Of a stretch of 44,843 nucleotides of DNA, positions 17,385-27,439 are shown in pieces; position 1 is the first letter of the stretch; every line of letters begins with the position of its first letter. Both the position numbers and the translations under genes were made by a program. The stretch lies in IMG/VR virus record IMGVR_UViG_3300020045_001341, positions 1 to 44,843 of that record; one strand, given 5' to 3'. The notes below the pieces were generated by a model. The model was not told the DNA's origin, made no database searches, and was given only the letters and a program-made list of their open reading frames with translations. Source of the DNA: a virus. Its lineage: Duplodnaviria; Caudoviricetes.

Positions 17385-18567
17385 ATACCAAGTAATTGGT
17401 GCAGAGTCTGCCTTAATAATATTAAGGACATATAACATTGTATATCTTGCATATGAGGAAAGGTGTGGTAAAACCTTAGCATCTATACTAATATGTGAAA
17501 TGAGTAAACTACTCAATATATTAGTTGTAACAAAGAAGAAAGCTATACCTGGGTGGGAAGATACACTAAAGAAGTTTAAGCATACAAAACATTACACAGT
17601 TACTAATTATCATCAGGTACAAAAATTTAATGCTAAGTTATTCGATGCTATTATTATAGATGAAGCACATAGTTACATATCAGGGTATCCAAAGCCTGGA
17701 ACAATCTGGAAAGAGATGAAAAAGATATGTGTAGGTAAACCATTAATATATCTTAGTGCAACACCTTATGCACAGGGCCCACAACTATTGTTTCATCAGT
17801 TTAAACTTAGTAATTGGAGTCCATTCCCACATAAAAACTTTTATGATTTTTTTAGAGAGTTTGGCATACCTAATATGGTAAGAACCTCCTATGGATTGCA
17901 AGAAACTTATAGTAAGGTTAATGATTTAGTGTTAGAGAAATGTTCCCATCTGTTCTTAACACATACTAGGGAAGAGTTGGAATTTGAGCATGAACCAGAA
18001 GACATTATACATTTCTTTGAGTTGTCAGATACAACTAAAAAACTGTATAACGATTGCCTAAATAATGAGATGTTACGATTTAAAAGAGATGGAAAACTAG
18101 TTGAGTCTCCATTAGATAGTAATATTAAGTTAAGAACTACATTACATATGTTAGAAGGTGGAGTTGCAAAAGTAGGTGATAAGTACTATGTACTATCTAT
18201 GCAAGAGAAGATAGACTGCATAGTTAAAGAGTTTGGTGACTCTTCTAATACTGTAATAATGTATCAATACATTGCAGAAGGGGATAAGCTTAGGGCTTTC
18301 TTTCAAAATGTTACATTACTACAGGGTACTAGTTTTGCAGAAGGTATAGACTTGAGTATGTTTGATAACTTAATTATCTACTCTCAAGACTTCTCAACTG
18401 CTAGACATAGTCAAAGAAGGGCTAGACAGGCAAACAAGAATAGAAGTACTCCTATCAAGGTGCATTTCTATCTAGTTAAAGATGCAATCAGTGAACAGGT
18501 CTATAAGACTGTAAGTATTAATAAAACAAATTTCATAGATAAATTATTTAAAAGGGCAACATTGTGA
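17371..18567 (+). CDS. SF2 (SNF2-like) DEAH helicase
   Basis: RCGKT, IIDEAH, LSATP, AEGIDL, QRRAR. Confidence 0.9.
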   Translation: MIPYKYQVIGAESALIILRTYNIVYLAYEERCGKTLASILICEMSKLLNILVVTKKKAIPGWEDTLKKFKHTKHYTVTNYHQVQKFNAKLFDAIIIDEAHSYISGYPKPGTIWKEMKKICVGKPLIYLSATPYAQGPQLLFHQFKLSNWSPFPHKNFYDFFREFGIPNMVRTSYGLQETYSKVNDLVLEKCSHLFLTHTREELEFEHEPEDIIHFFELSDTTKKLYNDCLNNEMLRFKRDGKLVESPLDSNIKLRTTLHMLEGGVAKVGDKYYVLSMQEKIDCIVKEFGDSSNTVIMYQYIAEGDKLRAFFQNVTLLQGTSFAEGIDLSMFDNLIIYSQDFSTARHSQRRARQANKNRSTPIKVHFYLVKDAISEQVYKTVSINKTNFIDKLFKRATL

Positions 18568-19427
18568 ATGCTAAAATTAATAAGTCACTTGACTACAACA
18601 AATTAATCGAGCAACATAGCAAAGGTAAACTACTTGGAACACAGTTAAAGTTTCCATTATATGCAAGTATTAAATATGATGGTAATTATGTAGTAGTCCA
18701 TGTTAAAGATGGTCAACCTATATTTGAAACAAGTGGAGGACTCTTCTACAGACATACTAATGGAGTAGATAAGATATTTAAGGTTGTGCAAGATGGGTGC
18801 TATATAGCAGAAAGAATTGCAAATGATGGTAAGTTAGGAGATAGAAAATACTGCACTCTTGTAGGACCAAAGACTGCACAACTCTCATATGGTCACTCTT
18901 ACAAGGTTTTCGACTATATATCAAATGAAGATTATTTACTGGGAAGGTCTAGTAAAGACTTTAAAGATAGAATGAAGATTATATCAGATAATATAGATAT
19001 ACCCCATAGGACTGAACCAGTATTGATTAATTCTATTAATCAATTAAGAGAATATTTTGATTTGATTATCTCACAAGGGTATGAAGGGCTTATGTTAATG
19101 CAATCTACATACAGATGGAGAGATACAAAGTCAAGAACAACCGATATTATAAAATACAAAAATAGACCTACAGTGGATTTAATTTGCATAGGTACTACAG
19201 AAGGCGAAGGAAAGTATGCGGGTATGATTGGTGCTTTAATACTAAAAGACCATAAAGGAAGAGTTGTAAATGTAGGTAGTGGGTTAGATGACTATGAGAG
19301 AAGTATGCATAGTAGTGCCTTTATAGGTAAAGTAGTAGAAATACAATACGAGCAAATACTAGACACCTATATACAACCAGCATTTATACGAATTCGTACT
19401 GATAAGACAAAAGGAGGTATTGATTAA
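18564..19427 (+). CDS. ATP-dependent DNA ligase
   Basis: KYDG adenylation motif, VFD, EGLML, KYK, GEGKYAG.IGAL, VGSG, PAF.RIR.DK. Confidence 0.93.
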   Translation: MNAKINKSLDYNKLIEQHSKGKLLGTQLKFPLYASIKYDGNYVVVHVKDGQPIFETSGGLFYRHTNGVDKIFKVVQDGCYIAERIANDGKLGDRKYCTLVGPKTAQLSYGHSYKVFDYISNEDYLLGRSSKDFKDRMKIISDNIDIPHRTEPVLINSINQLREYFDLIISQGYEGLMLMQSTYRWRDTKSRTTDIIKYKNRPTVDLICIGTTEGEGKYAGMIGALILKDHKGRVVNVGSGLDDYERSMHSSAFIGKVVEIQYEQILDTYIQPAFIRIRTDKTKGGID

Positions 19428-19717
19428 TGAATGAGCAAGGATATCAAACTAGGGTTATAAAATACCTAGAGAGTAAAGGTGCCTATGTAGTTAAGACGAT
19501 AAATACCAGTAAAAAGGGTGTACCTGATTTATTAGTATGTTATAAAGGTAAATTCATTGGGATAGAAATGAAGACACCTAGCACTAGAGGTAATCTAAGT
19601 GATTTGCAATGGTATAATCTAACTGCAATTAGTAAAGCAGGTGGCTATGGTATAGTTGGTGTATTACTTGAAGATGTAAGTAGAATATTAAAGGAGATAG
19701 ATAATGGCAACAATTAG
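19427..19717 (+). CDS. VRR-NUC nuclease/Holliday junction resolvase
   Basis: E...Q..V, GVPDLL, IEMK, LSDLQ. Confidence 0.9.
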   Translation: MNEQGYQTRVIKYLESKGAYVVKTINTSKKGVPDLLVCYKGKFIGIEMKTPSTRGNLSDLQWYNLTAISKAGGYGIVGVLLEDVSRILKEIDNGNN

Positions 19718-19937
19718 TGTAGTTAAACATGTATGCGATAGATGTGGTAACAGTTTGGAGAAAGAAACAGATGTAGGTACTTGGTATCCAAGAGACTTTA
19801 ATCACATCAGCTTAGGCCAGACTGGAGCAAGCTTAGACTTGTGTGAGAATTGCAATCATCAGTTGGTTACATTTTTAGAAGCAGAAGGTGCTACTAATAT
19901 GAAGCTAGCATGTGTAAATGAGAAACAAGTTTTATAG
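19704..19937 (+). CDS. Small Zn-ribbon protein
   Basis: CDRC...DLCENC; AAGGAG RBS. Confidence 0.7.
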   Translation: MATISVVKHVCDRCGNSLEKETDVGTWYPRDFNHISLGQTGASLDLCENCNHQLVTFLEAEGATNMKLACVNEKQVL

Positions 19938-19959
19938 GGTAGTTGGCTAGACTACCCTA
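19935..19959. terminator. Hairpin at the convergence of the replication and structural arms
   Basis: TAGGGTAGT-tggctag-ACTACCCTA. Confidence 0.65.
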
Positions 19960-19999
19960 AACAAGGAGAATGAGTATTGTATGCCTCTCCAGGCAGGTA

Positions 20000-22060
20000 C
20001 TACTTAATTAAACCTTTAAGTTCTTCTGGGTTTAATCCTCCAGGTAGTTTAGTCTCACCTTTCTCAACTAGGTTTTGTAGGTGTTTAACATTACCTTCTG
20101 CAGTAGCTATATCTTCAGGAGAGAATATTCTAGCAGCCTTCTCAGGGTTTCTCTCTGCATACTGTAGCATACTAAATGAGGTTCTAAACCGTTCATCAGC
20201 ACTTAACTTAGCATCAGGTAATGCAAAGCTACCTCTCATATCTCCAATAGTATCAAAAGCTACCATCTGGGAGTCTGTAACTCTAGAACCTGTACCTGTT
20301 ACACCTACATGATATACATCATCTCCTACACTAGTCATATTAATACCTGGGTTCTCATGGTTGACAGTTTTAATAGTACCTATATTTCTAGCTTCTCTAA
20401 TAGGTGTACGAAGTAGTAATTCCATATCATCTACAAACTTAGTAGGTACAAATTTACTATTCTTAAGTGCATCAACAAAGTCTAACTCTGTACCACTCTT
20501 CTTTAAAGCCCTAAAGATAGCATTCTGTACAACTACTGCATTATGTCTTTCACCCCATAAAGCTCCCATATTAAGGGTTTTATTAATAAGATAACTTGTA
20601 GTTCCTAAGAAACCACCTGTATCCAAGTTTATACTTTTTTCAGTAGATGAACTTAATAGTTTATGGTCGCTACCAAACTTCTTTGTAAACTCTTTTGCAA
20701 TAGATAAGGCATTGTTTACCTCATGGGAGTTAAGACCTTCATCTACAATACTTTTACTAAGTTTACCCCAGTTAACAGCTCTATCTCCACTCGTTGATTT
20801 ATTAACTAAGTCTAATAGTTCAGCATTATTCATAGTGTCTGCATACTCTCTATTCATCATAGTATATGCTCTCTTGTCTGTTTCATCTAATGCTTTAGTT
20901 AAAAAACCATCTAGGTTTTGTTTAATCTCATTAAGTTTAACTTTTTCTTTACCCCTAGATGCTTTATCTATTAAGTAGTTAAGGTCTCTATTAAACTCCA
21001 TAGCATCACTAACTTTTAAACCTTGTCCATCTGCTATAACAGCTTTCATCTGAGCTACTAATGAGTTGGCTTTACTTGGGGTAGCTCCATAAAATCTTTC
21101 AAGAAAGTCAAGGTTATCTGCTATACCACTAGCGTCATGTGTAACTGGGTTCTTAAGCTCTATTTTAGTTGCTATATCTCTATATTTTGTACGCTGTAAA
21201 TTTACATCTACTGGTCCTATAGTTTCAACCATTAGTTTAAATCGAGCTTGTAAATCCTCATATAGTTTAAGAGCTGTATCATCACTACTTGCTGCAGCTC
21301 GCTTGATACTACCTATTGTTTTATCACCACCCATATAGGCAATCGCTAATGCTTGCTGGTCTTTATCAGCTGGTAAACCTTCAACAAGAAGTTTTGCTTC
21401 TTCAGTAGATATGCCCATTTTTTCCATTAAATACTTAGATGCTCTGCCAGTAGGGTCAGTTAACACCTCAGCAATCTTGGCAGGTATATATGCACCAGCT
21501 AAACCAAGTGCTGCACTACCGGCAGCTGATACATTAGAATGTCCTTCACCTATTGATGTAGCTCCCATTGATAATGCTTCTGTTGCACCTATAACTATTG
21601 GTTTAAACTTAAGTACAAGAGTTCCAGGTAGTAAAGATGCTGCCATACTACCGACTGATGCTTGGTCTTCTACACCAAGCTTTTTAATTTCTGCATTACG
21701 TTCTTTGTTAGATGTAGTAAAGTAATCTGTACCAAAAGGCCTATCTACCAATAGTTCACCTAATCCCATAGGTAAACTAGCTACACCCATGCCAAAACCT
21801 TTTATCCTATTTTCAAATCCAGCATCTTGTTTTACTTTTCCAGGTACAGTATCTACAGGAGTAGATGCATTCATATATGGGTCATTGTACATCTCAACTG
21901 CATCAGGCTTAGTAATAGGTTCTACTTGTGGTGTAGCTACTGTAGGAGTAGGCTCAACTATATCAAATGCTTGTGTTGGGTCAAAGACTGGAGTAGTTGA
22001 GGTAGATTGACTACCTACTACTTCAAATGGTTGACTTGGGTCAAATACTGGAGTAGCCAT
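20000..22060 (-). CDS. Putative internal virion/ejection protein
   Basis: 686 aa; repeated TPVFDP.Q.F..V N-terminus and G/A-rich hydrophobic segment; last gene of the late arm. Confidence 0.6.
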   Translation of the reverse strand: MATPVFDPSQPFEVVGSQSTSTTPVFDPTQAFDIVEPTPTVATPQVEPITKPDAVEMYNDPYMNASTPVDTVPGKVKQDAGFENRIKGFGMGVASLPMGLGELLVDRPFGTDYFTTSNKERNAEIKKLGVEDQASVGSMAASLLPGTLVLKFKPIVIGATEALSMGATSIGEGHSNVSAAGSAALGLAGAYIPAKIAEVLTDPTGRASKYLMEKMGISTEEAKLLVEGLPADKDQQALAIAYMGGDKTIGSIKRAAASSDDTALKLYEDLQARFKLMVETIGPVDVNLQRTKYRDIATKIELKNPVTHDASGIADNLDFLERFYGATPSKANSLVAQMKAVIADGQGLKVSDAMEFNRDLNYLIDKASRGKEKVKLNEIKQNLDGFLTKALDETDKRAYTMMNREYADTMNNAELLDLVNKSTSGDRAVNWGKLSKSIVDEGLNSHEVNNALSIAKEFTKKFGSDHKLLSSSTEKSINLDTGGFLGTTSYLINKTLNMGALWGERHNAVVVQNAIFRALKKSGTELDFVDALKNSKFVPTKFVDDMELLLRTPIREARNIGTIKTVNHENPGINMTSVGDDVYHVGVTGTGSRVTDSQMVAFDTIGDMRGSFALPDAKLSADERFRTSFSMLQYAERNPEKAARIFSPEDIATAEGNVKHLQNLVEKGETKLPGGLNPEELKGLIK

Positions 22061-23770
22061 CTATTGCTCCTTAGGAACATATGCAGTTCCATTCCATGTA
22101 AATGTAACTCCATTCTGAGTTACATCAGGCTTAGCTTGTGTAACTACTTCTGGCTTAGATTGTATAGGCTTAGGCTGACTAACTGCTACTTTAGGTTTAA
22201 CATAAGTAGTAAGGGCCTTAGCATCATAGGGACTGTAATCTTTCAATGACTCTGCTTTACCTTTGTTAGACTCAACTAAACTCTCTTTAAATGCACTAAT
22301 GGCTGCAAGAATTGTTGGGCCATCTGCACCAGCTCCACCAGTGATAATATCATTATAGGTTCTTCGTTCTTGGTCAGTCATTGCAAGACCTGTTGTTGCC
22401 TTGATAAACTCTGTAACAATGATACCTAATTTAGTATCACTTTTAACTAATTCTAATGTCTTAGCTTCTTGCTCAGGAGTTAATTCACCACCAGTAAACT
22501 TCTTACTCATCCATTGAACTGGGTCAGCAATAAAACCTTTATCTAATGTACCAGTTTTTAACTTCTCACCAAACTCATTCTCAAAACTTTGAACCTTATC
22601 CACTACTACCTTAGTGTTACGCAACTCTTTAGTGACATCTTTTACAGTAGCCATTATGTTAGGATTACTCTTGTAGTTGTTATGAGTATTGTCTTGAATT
22701 TGTTTTAACTCTTCAAGTTGAACCTTATTTAAACTCTCAAATGGAACTTCAGCTAACTTAGCATTTTTCTCTCGTGCTGCTATGTTCTGGTTTTCATCTA
22801 ATGTTTGTGCTGCTTGACCTTTACCACCAGTAATACTAGAGTAGATAATCTCAGCACGCTGATAAGCTTTCTTAGCCTCTTCATGAGCTGGTGTACCTGG
22901 GGTAGCTGACTTCATTTTGTTTTCTGCATTAGTTAATGCTCTTTCAGCCTCTCTCATTTGAGTTAAACTATCCATTCTAGGGTTAGCATCTCCAGTACCC
23001 TCTTTCTTTGTATTGTATGCTTTATCTATTTCTTGAATAGTAGCATTAGGATGTGCCATCTTATAGTCAATAACAAATTTACCATACACACCTTGGGTAT
23101 AGGCAGTAGGCTTCTCTGTATGTATCTTATCACGAATACCAGCTATAATTTCATCATTAACCTTTTGACTACTAGGGTATCTATCAAAGTGACCTGTTAA
23201 TGCAGCTATGTCTTCTATACCAGCTACTACACCATCACTATTAATAACTAGTTGACCTTTGTCAATCATACCCTTTGCAAAAGCTGCAGTATCTTTCATA
23301 GCATTAGCCCTAGCTTGTTGCATTTCATTAGGGTCAAGTTTATTAGGTGCCCTATATTTACCATCTTCATCTACAATATAAGGCTCAGGTGAATAACCTT
23401 TGCCTTCCATATATTTTACTGCTTTATCCATGTCTCTTTCTGACACAGGAGCAATAGTCTTACCTTTCATAACTGGAGATGTATTAATCTTCTCTGCTGC
23501 AACAGCTAACTCATCTGGATTAGTAGCCTTAAACATATCTTTAAGGCTTACATCTACTACATCTCGTTGATATGAAGACTCTAATCTTTTGTTAGCATCT
23601 TCAACACGTTTAAGCTGAGCTAAAGTCATATTGTTTTGGTCTATCTTCTGACCTGACAAAACTTGGTTAGTTTCAAACTCTGTTTTTTGCATTTTTAATT
23701 GCTCTTGTTTTGCTTGTCTATCAAGGCCTTGTTCATAGCCTTGAACAAATCCTGCTGGATTAAAATACAT
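22061..23770 (-). CDS. Putative internal virion/ejection protein
   Basis: 569 aa helical, charged protein with GFVQGY.QG N-terminus. Confidence 0.55.
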   Translation of the reverse strand: MYFNPAGFVQGYEQGLDRQAKQEQLKMQKTEFETNQVLSGQKIDQNNMTLAQLKRVEDANKRLESSYQRDVVDVSLKDMFKATNPDELAVAAEKINTSPVMKGKTIAPVSERDMDKAVKYMEGKGYSPEPYIVDEDGKYRAPNKLDPNEMQQARANAMKDTAAFAKGMIDKGQLVINSDGVVAGIEDIAALTGHFDRYPSSQKVNDEIIAGIRDKIHTEKPTAYTQGVYGKFVIDYKMAHPNATIQEIDKAYNTKKEGTGDANPRMDSLTQMREAERALTNAENKMKSATPGTPAHEEAKKAYQRAEIIYSSITGGKGQAAQTLDENQNIAAREKNAKLAEVPFESLNKVQLEELKQIQDNTHNNYKSNPNIMATVKDVTKELRNTKVVVDKVQSFENEFGEKLKTGTLDKGFIADPVQWMSKKFTGGELTPEQEAKTLELVKSDTKLGIIVTEFIKATTGLAMTDQERRTYNDIITGGAGADGPTILAAISAFKESLVESNKGKAESLKDYSPYDAKALTTYVKPKVAVSQPKPIQSKPEVVTQAKPDVTQNGVTFTWNGTAYVPKEQ

Positions 23771-25623
23771 TAATTACCTCCTTGTGGAATTTGTAGAGTT
23801 TGTGACCTAGGTCCTCCACCATTTGAGCCACCTAAAGCTCCACCTAAAACCTTCTCCCTATTGCCACCCATAGCCTGGGTTGGGTCCATTCTACCTTGAC
23901 TAACTAATTGTCCTGTTTCAAGAAGTACCTGAGCAATGTCTTGAGAGTTCTTAGTACCCATCTCACTAACTTGCAACCCTGCAATCTTGTAGTAACCAGC
24001 TGGATTTGTTTGTAGCACAGATTGACCTGTTGGACCATTAAGGAATGTCTCAAACAATAATTGGTTTTGCTCAGCTGCATTATTGTATGGAACAGCTACT
24101 ACTTTAATATCCACATCAGCAAACTGTATATCTGTATCAGGGTCATTAAGTGGAGTCATAAGAATGTTACCCTTTTCATCTGTCATAGGCTTACCTGTAT
24201 CTGGGTCTATCTCTTCATCAAATACAAACTCTTCAGCCATAGAACCGTCTGGGTTTCTTTTACCATTAGGCATTGTGATTGGCTTATTTATTTGGATATA
24301 TCTATCTCCATTAGCTTTATCACTAACCCTTAAAATTTGGTCTGCTGTATAGTATTGCTGAACAAAGTTAACTACATCAGTACCTACCATTTCATATAAG
24401 AACTTTACCTTTTTAAGTATAGGACTTAACTGTGACTTACTGGCATTTTGCTGTAGATTAACTTTACGACCACTTTCACTAGCAAATGTAGTTCCTAAGA
24501 ATGAGTCATTAACACCTAATACTTTTTGTACACGAGTTAAAGAAGCATCAATAATTTGATACTGAGCTAGAACATCTCTACTAAGGTCTTCAATTTTAAC
24601 ACCTTGTAAATCAGATACAACTACTACATTATTAACTCTATTGAATTGTTCTGTAAACTCGTCTACACTATCTACAGCATCTTTTTCAACAAATGCTTTC
24701 TTAGTATTAATAAGCAACTGAATTTGTATCAAGGCCTGATTAATAGCTTTCTGTGTTTCAACTACTTCTCTAAATGGACCATAATGTTCTGCAACATCAC
24801 TATTACTCATAATAACATCTCTAAATGGAGATTGAACCTTTTTAAATGGTACAAGTTTCTTCTCTAGTATAATATCATCGTGCCAAGTTAGAGCCCATGT
24901 TTTGTCTCCATCTCTAATGATACTAGTTACTACTAGGTAATTTTCCCACTCATTAAACTTTCCACTAAGTCTAATCTTGTACCTACGTTCAAACTCTGTT
25001 TGTATATCTTCAGTACCATGTGTACTATAGGATGTTGCTCTTGCTAGGTTCTTCTCACCCCATCTTGCTTTAAACTCTTCAGCATCTACCCACTTCCACC
25101 TATGGCTAAATCTAGCATCAGAACCATCCTTTTTAAAGGACATAGGGTCTAGTCGTCTTTGCCAAGATGGTACATGCTCTATTTTAAGCTGTTTTAGCTT
25201 TCTACCAAACCGGTCTTTTTCACCAGTGTCTACTACATCATAATATATACTCATTTTACCAGTTAGTAATCCATCAAGTATTACATCACTTGATAGGTCT
25301 TCAAATCTAGTTTCATCTAATACATAATGTACAACATCATTAAGAAGTAATGCAGCTGTTGGATTTGATGTATAGCGAGGATTTATTTGAATTGTATTAA
25401 GTACAGACTCAAAATAACCCATAATAGCATTTGAGAAAGCTTTAATAATATTAAAGGTCTCAACTGGTTGTCCACGCTTTGTTAGTACATCAATCTCAGA
25501 TTGTGTATATTGCCTATTGTGGTACATATCCACAATCTCTTGTGCTTCCAAGTCAGAGGACTCATACACATCTCTAGAGATGGCGAAAGAGTCTTGAGCA
25601 TTAATTATTGTAGGTTTCATCAT
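23770..25623 (-). CDS. Portal protein (P22/N4-like)
   Basis: YHNRQYT...L..RGQP..TFNIIK, ETQKAIN, ESGRKV..QQ, QILRV, D+DI.V motifs. Start set at 25623 (TAATG overlap). Confidence 0.85.
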   Translation of the reverse strand: MMKPTIINAQDSFAISRDVYESSDLEAQEIVDMYHNRQYTQSEIDVLTKRGQPVETFNIIKAFSNAIMGYFESVLNTIQINPRYTSNPTAALLLNDVVHYVLDETRFEDLSSDVILDGLLTGKMSIYYDVVDTGEKDRFGRKLKQLKIEHVPSWQRRLDPMSFKKDGSDARFSHRWKWVDAEEFKARWGEKNLARATSYSTHGTEDIQTEFERRYKIRLSGKFNEWENYLVVTSIIRDGDKTWALTWHDDIILEKKLVPFKKVQSPFRDVIMSNSDVAEHYGPFREVVETQKAINQALIQIQLLINTKKAFVEKDAVDSVDEFTEQFNRVNNVVVVSDLQGVKIEDLSRDVLAQYQIIDASLTRVQKVLGVNDSFLGTTFASESGRKVNLQQNASKSQLSPILKKVKFLYEMVGTDVVNFVQQYYTADQILRVSDKANGDRYIQINKPITMPNGKRNPDGSMAEEFVFDEEIDPDTGKPMTDEKGNILMTPLNDPDTDIQFADVDIKVVAVPYNNAAEQNQLLFETFLNGPTGQSVLQTNPAGYYKIAGLQVSEMGTKNSQDIAQVLLETGQLVSQGRMDPTQAMGGNREKVLGGALGGSNGGGPRSQTLQIPQGGN

Positions 25624-26408
25624 TACCAACTAAACAAAGAGTTATTTTGGGTACTACTAGGTACTGGACTAGTTTGACCAGTATATAGATTACCTAACTG
25701 TGTTTTACTACCAAATGGATTAGACCAATCAACTTTAGTAGCTGCATAACCTGCTAACTGTGCTGCACCAGTAGCCGTTTGACCCCATGCTTGTGATTGT
25801 TGATTATATAGATTTGCCATAGTATTGCCTTGACTACCTATATTAGCTGCTTGTTGCCCATAAGCATTACTAATTAGACCTTGTTGTTGAACTGCTTGAC
25901 CCCTCATAGATGCTTGCTCATTAAGACCCATAGTTAACCAAGATGCTTGCTCAGCTGCATATTGCTGATCAGCATTAGTTGTGTTCTTAGCATTGGCTTC
26001 TGCTCTAGCAGCCTCTAAAGCTGTCTTAGCATTAACCATCTGCCCACTATTAAACATACCATTTTGACTAAATGTAGCATCTAAGCTAGACTGAGCTTTT
26101 TTAAACTCATTCTCAATGGCATCCTTTCCTCTCATTTCATACATCTGTGGGCTTGTATTTGAGTAGTAATTACTTAGATTTTCTCTAATTGGACCAAAGA
26201 TTTCCTCGAGGTCAGCAATACTTTGCATCTGGTCCTCATAAGCTTTCATGTCAAAACCTAGTCTTTCTCTATCAACTGCTGCTTGCTCAGAGGCAGATGC
26301 TCTAGCTGCATCAGTTGCAGCTTCTGAGGCACTTGCTGACTTGTTTGCACTATAAATAGTTGCTCCAACAGTTGCTGCAGCTGCAATCCCTGCTACGCTA
26401 ACACTCAT
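25623..26408 (-). CDS. Putative DNA pilot/ejection protein
   Basis: A/Q/S-rich; N-terminal VAGIAAAATVGATIYSANK typical of podovirus internal proteins. Confidence 0.65.
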   Translation of the reverse strand: MSVSVAGIAAAATVGATIYSANKSASASEAATDAARASASEQAAVDRERLGFDMKAYEDQMQSIADLEEIFGPIRENLSNYYSNTSPQMYEMRGKDAIENEFKKAQSSLDATFSQNGMFNSGQMVNAKTALEAARAEANAKNTTNADQQYAAEQASWLTMGLNEQASMRGQAVQQQGLISNAYGQQAANIGSQGNTMANLYNQQSQAWGQTATGAAQLAGYAATKVDWSNPFGSKTQLGNLYTGQTSPVPSSTQNNSLFSW

Positions 26409-27133
26409 ACTATCTCCTTTATCTTAATTAGGTTATCGTTATAGCATACAAGGAACTCCTCACCTTCTAGGATGTTCTGTGTAGCAAAAACTTTTGTGAT
26501 ACTCTCCTCAAACTCAAACCTAAGGTTAGGTTTATCTGAGTGATTTACATATCTTCCAAACTGTGTCCGTATGCCATCTTCACTTGCTAAACCTAAAAAC
26601 TCTCCTTCACTAATTGTATAACCAGCAAATAATCCAAGCCCATGAATTGGGCTTTCTGCTACTCTATGTTTAGTAGTAACTGGGTTATATGTAGTTGTGT
26701 CAAAGGATATTAAGTTAGCTTCATCTAAACTAATTTGATGCTTCTGCATAACAAAAGCATAGTCAAGTCTAGCTTTTTCCTCTCTTTTAAATGTGAACAA
26801 ATTTTCAATCTCTTCTACATTTTTACTATTAGTTGGAAAGACATTGCTTACTACGCAATCTGTGTATGCAAAGCCTATCTTCTGACTACCTGCTAATGCT
26901 TCAAAGGTACATGGAGCCTCAAAAAGTCTTGAGTCTCCATTTATACCTATCTGCATTTTACCTTGTAATAACATTATAATGTGATTTGTTTTGTGAGTAG
27001 CTCCAAGTATTATACTACCAGCAGGTGCATGCATTTCTCTCACACAAATACCATCTGAGAAATAGTGCACCACTTTAGGCTCAAATAATGTACCTTTACT
27101 CAGCAACCTAGCCAACGGTTTTGAAATGTCCAT
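26405..27133 (-). CDS. Cupin-like domain fused to a SET domain (putative lysine methyltransferase)
   Basis: N-terminal HYFSDG..VRE...PAG....G..HK..H; C-terminal SPIHGLGLFA, GRYVNHSDKPN, EEFLVCY. Confidence 0.85.
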   Translation of the reverse strand: MDISKPLARLLSKGTLFEPKVVHYFSDGICVREMHAPAGSIILGATHKTNHIIMLLQGKMQIGINGDSRLFEAPCTFEALAGSQKIGFAYTDCVVSNVFPTNSKNVEEIENLFTFKREEKARLDYAFVMQKHQISLDEANLISFDTTTYNPVTTKHRVAESPIHGLGLFAGYTISEGEFLGLASEDGIRTQFGRYVNHSDKPNLRFEFEESITKVFATQNILEGEEFLVCYNDNLIKIKEIV

Positions 27134-27153
27134 GTACTCTCCTATTATTCCTC

Positions 27154-27186
27154 ATTATATCATAATGTTTCTTAAACTAATCTTAA
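27154..27186 (-). promoter_or_regulatory. Extended -10 promoter driving SET-pilot-portal-ejection genes
   Basis: Minus strand TTAAGA-N5-TTAAGA-N7-TGATATAAT, then AGGAG RBS. Confidence 0.8.
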
Positions 27187-27196
27187 ACAAGGATTA

Positions 27197-27439
27197 TTAC
27201 AAGACTGCTTCAATTGCTAGAAACCTGTTCTCAGTTTCTATCTTATAGGCAGGCCATTCAACTGTGTAGAACTCCTTCCACACAGTCTCTAGGTCTGTCA
27301 CTCTAGTCTCTAAATTAGATAGTCTATCTTCACCTTCATCCGTAATCTGTCTAATAGAGGTTTGAACATCTCTATTAAATCTATCTTGTAATATTTTAAC
27401 ACTGGCATCACTTGGTGCCATAGGTATTATATTATGCAT
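27197..27439 (-). CDS. Small coiled-coil virion-associated protein
   Basis: 80 aa; RLSNLETRVTDLE heptads. Confidence 0.65.
   Translation of the reverse strand: MHNIIPMAPSDASVKILQDRFNRDVQTSIRQITDEGEDRLSNLETRVTDLETVWKEFYTVEWPAYKIETENRFLAIEAVL

Noticed and set aside
19963-20312. Plus-strand ORFs beyond the convergence hairpin (13-codon ORF at 19970 with AAGGAG; track ORF 19977-20312)
   Set aside because: The first is too short to support; the second is antisense to the ejection-protein gene and has no RBS.
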